Shown piece after piece: positions 23,411 through 34,200 of a stretch of 64,000 nt of DNA (positions are counted from its first letter, which is position 1; each line of letters opens with the position of its first letter). The notes beneath the pieces are model-generated. The model was not told where the DNA came from. It ran no database searches and saw only the letters and a list, made by a program, of their open reading frames with translations. Position numbers and translations under genes: made by a program. This DNA comes from Macrostomum lignano (lineage: Eukaryota): NCBI GenBank assembly GCA_002269645.1, contig NIVC01001296.1:62001-126000 (forward strand), written 5' to 3'.

Positions 23411-24102
23411 GACAGACACCAAGAATACCCTAACCCTGGCATTCCTTGCCATTTTCCTTGGTTTCCCTCTTGTCCCTGGCATCCCTGTTGTCCCTGATAT
23501 CCCTATTATCCCTGGTGTCCCTGGTGTCTGTGTTTCTTAATGAATCTTTATCGTTAAGCCCCGATGCCATTCACAAACCGCAACACAAGGGTGACAGCTC
23601 AGTCCAATAAATTTGTATCGAAAGGACAACACAGAGATTTGTTTGGGGAAATCGCTCCGCCAAACTCCGGCCTTTATTACCTCACTTCACGCCCCCTCAT
23701 TCCCATCGACCTTCGAGGATGCACGCGAGCAAAAGTTGAACCAAAAGTTTACAAACAATTTTAGGGTCCACATCTGGCCCAGTTTCACTGTCCCAGACAG
23801 TAACCAAGACCTGCCGGACATTTGTCTGCCTATAAGCAATGCTGCAAGTCTGTTAATTCTTATTAGCGAATCGAACCACCGACTGCATGGCAACTCCTGT
23901 TAAAGAAATTCTGTTTACAAGTCGAGGTCGAGCAAGAAAACAAAAAATTGGGGAAACTGCCTGCCGCACAGTAGCAAATGGGAACTGCAGCTAGAGAGGA
24001 ACAGATAAAGATGATGCAGGAAGAGACTGCGTGTGTAATTTCCTTTGCAGCATGGGAACCGCTATTCAGGAAGCCCCCAGGCACTGGTCTCTCGTGAAGC
24101 CC

Positions 24103-24565
24103 CTCTCAGCTCTATCCTCCTCTGCACTCCCCCCTCAGCTCTATCCTCCTCTGCTCTCCCCCCTCAGCTCTATCCTCCTCTGCTCTCCCCCCTCAGCTCT
24201 ATCCTCCTCTGCTCTCCCCCCTCGGATCTATCCTCCTCTGCTCTCCCCCTCAGCTCTATCCTCCTCTGCTCTCCCCCCTCAGCTCTATCCTCCTCTGCTC
24301 TCCCCCTCAGCTCTATCCTCCTCTGCTCTCCCCCCTCAGCTCTATCCTCCTCTGCTCTCCCCTCTCAGCTCTATCCTCCTCTGCTCTCCCCCCTCAGCTC
24401 TATCCTCCTCTGCTCTCCCCCCTCAGCTCTATCCTCCTCTGCTCTCCCCCCTCAGCTCTATCCTCCTCTGCTCTACCCTCTCAGCTCTATCCTCCTCTGC
24501 ACTCCCCCCTCAGCTCTATCCTCCTCTGCTCTACCCTCTCAGCTCTATCCTCCTCTGCTCTCATC
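24103..24565. repeat. 28-30-bp CT-rich minisatellite (CAGCTCTATCCTCCTCTGCTCTCCCCCT)n
   Basis: Periodicity seen directly. Confidence 0.93.
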
Positions 24566-25220
24566 TCTCCCTCTTCTACTCTACTCATTTTTTTTTCTGA
24601 GAGAGAAATGGAATTCAATAAGAAACCGAGATTGGTCTAGATTTATATAAATCTTTCTTCTTCAGGCCAGCCAGGCAAAAGCCACACCTGTACCCACAGA
24701 TCAGCCTGCCAATATCCTGTCATCAATAGTCAGTGCAAGGTGGGAAATCACAGAGCGCAATAAAAGGGGCGCGCAGAAATCCGCACAATTTATCTGGGCC
24801 TAAAAAAAGGCCAGCGGCTGTTTCGAATGGAAAAAAAATTGCCCCGACGATAGAATGGGATCCTGCAGCTCCGATACCAGTATAACCCTTGCCTGCAGGG
24901 CGAGCAAGTCCACTCGGACTTTCGGTGGAGACGGGATTAACGTTGCACCTAAAGACAAAAAAAAATTGACCTTTTCAGAGCCAAGTTCACCCAATTTCTA
25001 ACATTCCCGCATCTTCTGACACCTCATAGTCTATACAGATCGAATCTAATGACACCTTAATCCCGACTGACACAACAGATCTGACACCTTAATAAGCTTA
25101 CCTGACACCCCAGATAGATCCTAGCTGACACCCTAGATAGATCCTAGCTGACACCCTAGATACGTAGATCCTAGCTGACACCCTAGATAGATCCTAGCTG
25201 ACCTCCGGAAACAGTCATCT

Positions 25221-25748
25221 GACCCATCTGAGTCAGGGCAGACACCAGCTCTGACCCACACTCAGTGACCCATCTGAGTCAGGCAGACACCAGCTCTGTC
25301 TCATGACCCACACTCAGTGACCCATCTGAGTCAGGGCAGACACCAGTTGACCCATGATCTACACTCAGTGACCCATCTGAGTCAGGGCAGACACCAGCTC
25401 TGACCCATGACCCACACTCAGTGACCCATCTGAGTCAGGGCAGACACCAGCTCTGACCCATGACCCACACTCAGTGACCCATCTTAGTCAGGGCAGACAC
25501 CAGCTCTGACCCACACTCAGTGACCCATCTGAGTCAGGGCAGACTCCAGCTCTGACCCATGACCCACACTCAGTGACCCATCTGAGTCAGGGCAGACACC
25601 AGCTCTGACCCATGACCCACACTCAGTGACCCATCTTAGTCAGGGCAGACACCAGCTCTGACCCACACTCAGTGACCTATCTGAGTCAGGGCAGACACCA
25701 GCTCTGACCCATGACCCACACTCAGTGACCCATCTGAGTCAGGGCAGA
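25221..25748 (+). repeat. 53/46-bp minisatellite array, left arm of an inverted pair
   Basis: Unit GACCCATCTGAGTCAGGGCAGACACCAGCTCTGACCCATGACCCACACTCAGT; preceded by 23-bp repeats (GACACCCTAGATAGATCCTAGCT) at about 25085-25200. Confidence 0.92.
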
Positions 25749-26568
25749 CTCTATAGACACAACCGCCCAAACACAACGACACAAAGACACAATCTGTATT
25801 AGATTTCGATCAAGCAGGTAAAAACAGTGGCTTAAATAAGCGGTGACTCGCCTTCACTCAGGTTTTAAGGGCCCCTAAGAAGCCGGTTCACTCCCAATGT
25901 CTGAAATGTCGAACTTCTCTCGAATGCGGCGGCCCTTAAGAGAGAGAGAGAGAGAGAGGCAGAGTCAGAAGACACGGACGGATTCGAGAAAAACAAGTGG
26001 GGTTCGGACGGAGGCCGCTCCTTGCTCCGTTTTTCCCTCTCAAGCCCCCGTCCCAGTGCGATAAAAAAACGCTACATGCAATGCATGCGCGACTCGTGCA
26101 TGCGCCATGCAGTGTCTCGGATTATAATAAGTAAGCGAAAGTCTTCTTGGCTCAGCTGGGCCCCGGGGCCGATGTAGCGATTCGAGTGCGGCCTGCGGTG
26201 TGCGCTGCGCTCGAAGGGGTGACGGGGGCAGGCGGCACCGAGCTGGCGCGCGGAAATTTTTTTCGCTACAAATAATTTTCGGAGCCTTTCTCTCTCTCTC
26301 TCAAGAGGCAGAAAGCACCCAGGTCGAGACGGGGCATACAAGCCTAGAAATAACCGGTTTCAGGCCGATTCTCTCCGAAGCTGTACTTTTTTACGATTCG
26401 AGTAATTTGATGTACGCAGTGGATCATATCGTAGTGGGGAACAGAACCAACAATCCAAAAACTACTACTTCCTAGGTTACTTTGGGAATCTGGGTTTGGT
26501 GCTGCAGGACAGACTGCAGCCTCTGATACTTATTTTAGCGTCACAGATCGATTTAGCTAGATGGTCAG

Positions 26569-27262
26569 CGGGTCACTGAGTGTGGGTCATGGTTCAGAGC
26601 TGGTGTCTGCCCTGACTCACATGGGTCACTGAGTGTGGGTCATGGGTCAGAGCTGGTGTCTGCCCTGACTCAGATGGGTCACTGAGTGTAGGTCATGGGT
26701 CAGAGCTGGTGTCTGCCCTGACTCAGATGGGTCACTGAGTGTAGGTCATGGGTCAGAGCTGGTGTCTGCCCTGACTCAGATGGGTCACTGAGTGTGGGTC
26801 AGAGCTGGTGTCTGCCCTGACTCAGATGGGTCACTGAGTGTGGGTCAGAGCTGGTGTCTGCCCTGACTCAGATGGGTCACTGAGTGTGAGTCATGAGTCA
26901 GAGCTAGTGTCTGCCCTGACTCAGATGGGTCACTGAGTGTGGGTCATGGGTCAGAGCTGGTGTCTGCCCTGACTCAGATGGGTCACTGAGTGTGGGTCAT
27001 GGGTCAGAGCTGGTGTCTGATCTGACTCAGATAGGTCACTGAGTGTAGGTCATGGGTCAGAGCTGGTGTCTGCCCTGACTCAGATGGGTCACTGAGTGTG
27101 GGTCATGGGTCAGAGCTGGTGTCTGATCTGACTCAGATGGGTCACTGAGTGTGGGTCAGAGCTGGTGTCTGTCCTGACTCAGATGGGTCACTGAGTGTAG
27201 GTCATGGGTCAGAGCTGGTGTCTGCCCTGACTCAGATAGGTCACTGAGTGTGGGTCATCTGG
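26569..27262 (-). repeat. Same 53/46-bp minisatellite in reverse orientation, right arm
   Basis: GGGTCACTGAGTGTGGGTCATGGGTCAGAGCTGGTGTCTGCCCTGACTCAGAT is the reverse complement of the left-arm unit. Confidence 0.92.
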
Positions 27263-28163
27263 TGTCTGCTCCAGATCACAGGTAGATCAGGTGGTTCACC
27301 GACGCAGACGGCCGCACCGGCAGCTCAAACGACAGCAATACTCATTCCAGCTTCACCGTCATCATTATTTTACAAGGGCACAATCCAATAAAAGCTGCAA
27401 TTTAAAAGTTGCTTTAAAATTTTGGCGTCGCCACAGTAAACTACGAGATTACGAAATGAGCCACAGCTTCCACCATAGATTTCCTGCAGCAATCTTTTAT
27501 TGCCTCTGGACCACCCGCTGGGGATACTGCAGGTTTAAGTTTATAGTGCTCACAGTCCAGTTTCTGCGGCTACTCAGGTAGGGCACGCACCCTGGCGGAA
27601 GCAGCCAGCTCTCAGACGAATTTTTGAAATCATTTTCCGCCTCTATAAGCTTGTTGTCTTCTTTTATTTCAAATTTTTAAGCCCCTTGCCCATCCCGTCT
27701 GAGACGAGTGTTTAATTGCCCTGAGCATCGAGCCTGATGGTCACGAATCACAGAACTCCAACCCCCCCCGTTCCATACTCCTCAGACTGGAGTTCTGCTG
27801 TTGCATCCTGCCGTGTCTGGCAACTGTGCCAGAACCCCCGCGCCGGCCCTTCTATAGAGGAAATTTGTGTATACATGTGGTTTTCTGTCTGCGCGTCTGC
27901 CAGTGTGTTCTATTTTCTTTTTTCTTGAATGTCAAGCAGACGGGGACACCATGGGAACGCGCTGATGGACATGTCACAATTAGCAATGCAGGTTAAGCGG
28001 AAGTGGCCGCGGTTAGTAGCACGCGGATTATCCTCTTCATCCAATTTTAAACTTTGTGAAGTTTAAGCTAAATAAATAGCATGTGACTTGTGTAGTGGCT
28101 CGCGTAGGAATTTTAATTGGAGAGGGTCGCAACCCAAAGGGGCGCCGATATTTGGTGTCTGGG

Positions 28164-28835
28164 TGGGCGCCCCTGTCTCTTGGTTGGTGCCCCTGTCTCT
28201 TTGGTGGGTGCCCCTGTCTCTTGGTTGGTGCCCCTGTCTCTTGGTTGGTGCCCCTGTCTCTTGGTTGGTGCCCCTGTCTCTTGGTTGGTGCCCCTGTCTC
28301 TTGGTGGGCGCCCCTGTCTCTTGGTGGGCGCCCCTGTCTCTTGGTTGGTGCCCCTGTCTCTTGGTGGGTGCCCCTGTCTCTTGGTTGGTGCCCCTGTCTC
28401 TTTGGTGGGTGCCCCTGTCTCTTGGTTGGTGCCCCTGTCTCTTTGGTGGGTGCCCCTGTCTCTTGGTTGGTGCCCCTGTCTCTTGGTTGGTGCCCCTGTC
28501 TCTTGGTTGGTGCCCCTGTCTCTTGGTGGGCGCCCCTGTCTCTTTGGTGGGCGCCCCTGTCTCTTGGTGGGCGCCCCTGTCTCTTGGTTGGTGCCCCTGT
28601 CTCTTGGTGGGCGCCCCTGTCTCTTGGTTGGTGCCCCTGTCTCTTTGGTGGGTGCCCCTGTCTCTTGGTTGGTGCCCCTGTCTCTTGGTTGGTGCCCCCT
28701 GTCTCTTTGGTGGGTGCCCCTGTCTCTTGGTTGGTGCCCCTGTCTCTTGGTTGGTGCCCCTGTCTCTTGGTTGGTGCCCCTGTCTCTTGGTTGGTGCCCC
28801 TGTCTCTTGGTGGGTGCCCCTGTCTCTTTGGTGGC
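28164..28835. repeat. 20/21-bp minisatellite (GTGCCCCTGTCTCTTGGTTG)n
   Basis: Periodicity seen directly; explains five overlapping ORFs. Confidence 0.95.
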
Positions 28836-29426
28836 CATGGTCATTGGCCATGGAAAGTTCGATGTGTCAATTTTTATATGCACCAAGGATATGAATCCGG
28901 AGTAAAAAATCAGCGTAACATTCGATAGATCGCCATGGGGTCACAAAGATTTAGTTTATTGGTTGCATGCGGTGCTCCATTGCGGTGCGCATCACCATTG
29001 GCGCCATCCTGCAGTCCATGACAGGAAGGCAGTTTTTGCACATGACGCCATCTCCCTTGAACACACGCTCATTACACACGGGTGCAGTACGCAGGCCCAC
29101 GCTCACACAAGGGTGTACTACAACTCTGCCCAGACTTTTCGCCTTCAGTCACTGAGACACCGTTTCTGAAAATCAGAACGCTGAAACCAACAACTCAGTC
29201 TTCCGAAAACCACTGTTGTTGTACTGGAGCACTCTGCATAGTATATGTGGAGTGGAGTGGCTGCTTCACATGCACCGAGGAGCAACTTGGGCTGCTCGTG
29301 CAATATACGTCAATGTGGATCGACCTCTTATAAGGCACAGGGGATGTGTCTCACCTGACGTTAGAAAAGTCAGGCTCAGCATATCTGTTAAACCCCACTT
29401 ATTCAGTTTAAATGCTTCGCTCCTGT

Positions 29427-29871
29427 CACAGATACTAAAATAACTACTTTAGGGTAGATGGGCCACTCAGCAAATTTGCGTGTAAGCTACTTTCAGTTCA
29501 GTAGTAAGTTAAACCGAAGCATTTTAATGTATTTTTAAAACCAAGGCTCATTTATTGGCTCTTGCCCGGTTGCCCCCGACTTCTAACTTCCAACTTCTAA
29601 ACCCTCCAATAATCACGCCCTTCCTCACTACCCCGCCCCGCCCCGGAGTCACATCACAAGCTCGAAAAGGGTTAGGCTTAGGTTAGGGCTAGGGTTAGGG
29701 TTAGGGTTTGTGCCTTTTCGAGCTTGTGATGGAGCCCTGTTTCGACGATGTGATTTTTCGAGCTTATGATGGCGGACCCATGTATTCTTCTTTGCTACTG
29801 AACTGAAAGTAGAAAGCTGTTTTACTAAGTATATGCCTGAGTGGCCCATCTAGTCATTTTAGTAATCCGTG
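29427..29871 (+). mobile_element. Non-autonomous TIR element (MITE) with CAC...GTG termini, copy 1
   Basis: Imperfect TIRs: CACAGATACTAAAA...TAGATGGGCCACTCAG...CTACTTTCAGTTCAGTAG and CTACTGAACTGAAAGTAG...CTGAGTGGCCCATCTA...TTTTAGTAATCCGTG. Internal TTAGGG-like run. No clear TSD. Confidence 0.75.
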
Positions 29872-30589
29872 GCTCTCGTTCTCACTCTTGGATAGAATAG
29901 CGACTTGATGCTCCACCCTCTCTCCGACTCTGACACAATTTTTAGTTTTCTCTTTCTCACTGTTTATTTTATTTGTATAGCTCGTACTTCGAGTCATACT
30001 TCTATAAGTATCTCAATTCACAAGAGGCTCGTGTTTCCCGACGTATGTATTGGTCGCAGTCGATACTGCACATGCAACTCGCTCGCCCAGGGCTGTTGTT
30101 CGGTTCTGACAGAAACAAACAACAGAGCAAGCAAATGGCGTGCGTCTGTAATCTTTCGTGGCTCCATACATTCCATTGTACTCGTATTCAGATTCGCTTT
30201 GCTTTGTGCCTCCTGGGTACATATATTTTTTAATGACATGCAAATAAATATTGGCGTCATAAAACCCGCGAAGCGTAGCATATTCTGGCCAACTTAAGAC
30301 GAAACTTTTCTCAAGTACAATATACGCCTTTTCTAGTGAGTCTTGACATTTCGAACATATTGCGTTTCTTTTTGAAAACACAGGTAGCAAGAACTTAACG
30401 AACAGAGCCAGCACTTGACGGTCTTACAATAAAAGGTAGGTGTTATTTGAGAACGCAAATTTGTTAAGATATTAATCTTTTTAAAATAACGGATTTGCGG
30501 AATGAAGCGAGTTTTGACTTGCCTTGATTTTTTATTACACCTGGTCTTTTGGAAAGTCGAGTTCAGGCCAGCTAGAACGGTTATTAACT

Positions 30590-30902
30590 GATAATAATAA
30601 TACGAGTAATAACTGAATGCACCTACCCCAATGGGCAGATGTGCAACCGACAGCTCAGCCGCAGCTATTGCGCGGCGCATCTGAAGGCCGCCTACTGCTG
30701 TTCAGTCCAAGGACTGGGGGGTCGCCACACACCCTCAATTACCCCAGCTAATGCTGGCACCCATTTTACAGCTGGGTGAACTGAAGCAATGCAGAGTTAA
30801 GTGTCTTGCTCAAGGATACAAAGTGTTCCGAGTGAGATCGGGAATCGAACCCTCGACCTTCAAGTCGTGAGTCCGACGCTCTGACCACTAGGCTACAACC
30901 CC
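30590..30902 (-). mobile_element. tRNA-derived SINE with a CORE-like central domain
   Basis: Minus strand: A box TAGCCTAGTGG, B box GGTTCGATTCCC, then CCTTGAGCAAGACACTTAACTC...CAGCTGTAAAATGGG resembling the MIR/CORE consensus. (ATT)n-like tail near 30590-30612; the 3' limit is approximate. Confidence 0.75.
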
Positions 30903-31023
30903 TGTTGACTATTAACTAATAAATGTTCATAATTACTGATAGGTAAGGTATAGTGTACAGAATATTTTGCACTATTTTTTATAAAAAATCGTCACCGAGA
31001 CAAAGATTGCCTCCCACTCTCCT

Positions 31024-31279
31024 ATGCTGCCTCCTTTTGAAGAGATGCAGCCCTCAGAGGACCAGAAGAAAAGCATCGCAGCAGCTGCAAAGATAGCCGA
31101 AGAGCTGATGGCCAAGCTCGTGCCGTGGATAACCGAGCGAAAGGAGGTCGTCAGTCGGCTAAAAGAGATCGCGGACGAGATTGACAAGATTGAGAAGGAT
31201 GTGAATATTTCCAAGACTGTGGGCACATCAGTGTCCATCTTGGGTGGAGTGGCATCCATTGCGGCCATTGTTGCTACAG
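31024..31279 (+). CDS. ApoL-like exon 1 (start could be Met1 or Met8)
   Basis: Donor ACAG|GTGATG, phase 1. Confidence 0.8.
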
Positions 31280-34200
31280 GTGATGGGGAACACTTTATTA
31301 TATCGATTCTGTTTTCCAGTCCACGGCCTCTGCTTCCAGGGTTGCTCAGTCATCTTGTTCCCCTTTCCTCTCTGCTCTATCCTACTATTTCTGTCATACT
31401 CCCTCCTCTTTTTAGTATCTCTCTCCATAATCCTTACCTTAGCCTCACCCACAGATACTAAAATGCCTAGAGGGGCCACTCAGGCATATTAAGGCATAGG
31501 CATAGTACTCGTAAAACAGCTTTCTACTTTCAGTTCAGTAGCAAATAAGAATCCGTAAGTTATTTTATAAAAATAAAGGCAGCTGAAATGAATTTGATAA
31601 GTTTAGAAGGCCACAAGCTTGCAGGCGTAAACAACTTGCTAACTGGTTCAGCAATAATGTACATTAGCCAGTCCACTGAGATGTACATGGCAGCTTTAGG
31701 CTGGAATTCCGAGAAAGGCAATAAAAATTTGGGGGTGGGTAGTGAGGGAAAGGCGCGTTGGAAGCTTTAAGCTGGGGGGGGGTAAAAATAAATGAAGTAT
31801 TGGCTTTAAAAATACATTAAAATGCTTCTGTTTAACTCACGTTACTACTGAACTGAAAGTAGCTTACATGCAAATGTGCTGAGTAGCCCCATCTATTGTA
31901 GTTATTCTAGTATCGGTGGCCTCAGATTAAATTATAACGGAGCTTACCTTAAAGGTTCGATCTTTGTCCACAGCCCAGGTTCGAACTTAGCTTAGTTTAA
32001 GCTAGATTAAGCCTGGCCTAATAGTCTAGCGCGTCGGACTAACGACAGGAAGGTCGAGAGTTCTGGTTCCGCCAACATCCCGAAGGTACTTACTTACTTC
32101 CAAAACTTTAGGGATGACATTCTGCTCACTGTCTCGCGGAGAATGAGTACGATCCTTCATGAATGATTATAGAAATCTTGTATTCTTCAATCTCAATTAT
32201 TGAATTCGATCCCACGCACAGGTGGCCTCGCCGCCCCGCTAATCGCAGGAAGCGTGGCCGTTGCCGGCGCCGCAACCTCGGGCGGCGCCTCCATCACCGG
32301 AGATTTGCTGTCCAACAATAAGATGAAGCAGGCCCAGGCAGCCATGGACCAGGACAAGAGGTCCGTCGGTGAGATTGAGACGCTGCATCGGAAGCTGGAC
32401 GCTCGAGCAGTCCAACTGTCTAAACAGTTCAACGTGGAACCAGAAGCAGTTACCGGCCTATTCCTTATGTCCAGCATGGGCGGCAGGCAGCCTTACTCTG
32501 GCATGCTCGGCAACTTGCTTCCATTGACTCTTGCCTGCAGTACCATCATTACTGTGCGCACAGTTCTCACGACGACAGTCAGAACTACCGGCAAAGGCAT
32601 AACAAAGGCTGTCGGGCAAGTGTCCACGAAGGCTCTGACACGCACTGTGGGCTCGGTTCTGGGAGCAGCCGTGGCGTCGGCACTTATTGTTTGGGACGTG
32701 GTTGAGCTGGTGAAAACGGCCAAAGATATGAAAGGAGGATCCAAGTTGAGGCAGATCGCTACCGAACTGGAGAGCGAGGTGCACAGCCTTGAAGCTCAGC
32801 TAGAAGAGGCTCGGTAAGTTGTTTCTCATAGTTGACTGCAGGGCCTCCAGTCCAATGATATAGTGTTACTAGTGTGGTCCAAGGCCAGGATGGGTCCCAG
32901 GTGAATCCGGAGAATATTTGTTGAAATTCTTGGGTTAGTGGGACTCTTTTAGTGTGAAGAAAGAGGTAGTGAGAGACGGAGAGAAAGAGAGAGGTAGTGA
33001 CAGACGGAGAGAAAGAGAGAGGTAGTGACAGGCGGAGAGAAAGAGAGAGGTAGTGACAGACGGAGAGAAAGAGAGAGGTAGTGACAGACGGAGAGAAAGA
33101 GAGAGGTAGTGACAGACGGAGAGAAAGAGAGAGGTAGTGACAGGCGGAGAGAAAGAGAGAGGTAGTGACAGGCGGAGAGAAAGAGAGAGGTAGTGACAGG
33201 CGGAGAGAAAGAGAGAGGTAGTGACAGGCGGAGAGAAAGAGAGAGGTAGTGACAGACGGAGAGAAAGAGAGAGGTAGTGACAGACGGAGAGAAAGAGAGA
33301 GGTAGTGACAGTCGGAGAGAAAGAGAGAGGTAGGGAGAGCCGGAGAGAGACGAGGGGGGAGATAGAGGGAGAGACGCATCCCACCTTCACTTTGTGCGAA
33401 GGCTGAGGAAAGAGCATCAAAATAGGCAGACGATGAACTGCCAGATGGGCGCTGCGATGGTATTGTTGAGTGCTGATTTTCAGTACTCGTGTTTTTCAAA
33501 ATGCATGAATGGGGAGGAACTCCAATCTAATTAATCACTACGAGTTTGAATGAAAAATTTCTACAGAGAATAGTCTCGTTGATTTAATTTACTTCCATCC
33601 ATTCGGTGTCAATAAATTAAGTAGCAGTAGTGTACTTGTTAAGGTAAAGCAGGGTAGCTGACTTTGCTGTGCTGTTGCAGAACTTGCTCCACAATCTGAT
33701 CTGCAGTGCACTTAAATTGAGTTTTTGCGTTGCACTGGCGCCGCATCAAGAACACTGTATTCCTATAGAGGTGAGCATTCCAATCTTAAAAAAATTTCTT
33801 ACAAAAGTCTTCTATGTACTTAAACCCCAAACCACAACGATGCCTCTTTCTGTTTGGAGTGAAACGGCGTTGAGAAGCTCAGGACCCTTAGTGAGCAATG
33901 TTTCGCTTTGCTCGTTAAACTTTTTTCAATTCGTCATCGCGCCAAAAATGCATTTCCTTAACCTAAGCTCTAAACCAAACCTTAACTCAATCCTCAACTC
34001 AATCTAACCCTATCCTAAACCTAAGCCCAAACCCTTACTTAAACCCTAACCTTAATCTAAGCCCCAGCCCTAACCTATACAAAGTAGAGTTTTTTTGGCG
34101 CGAATTTGAATTAAAAACACTCGTAGTGACGAACGCAAGGAAAAGAACGCCCCATAGTGCAATCTATAACTTTCATGAGAAAAAACCCCTAGGTCACGTG

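Noticed and set aside
28955-29135. Minus-strand Cys-rich frame containing FKGDGVMC (EGF-like fragment)
   Set aside because: Cys spacing does not fit an EGF domain and no partner exons were found.
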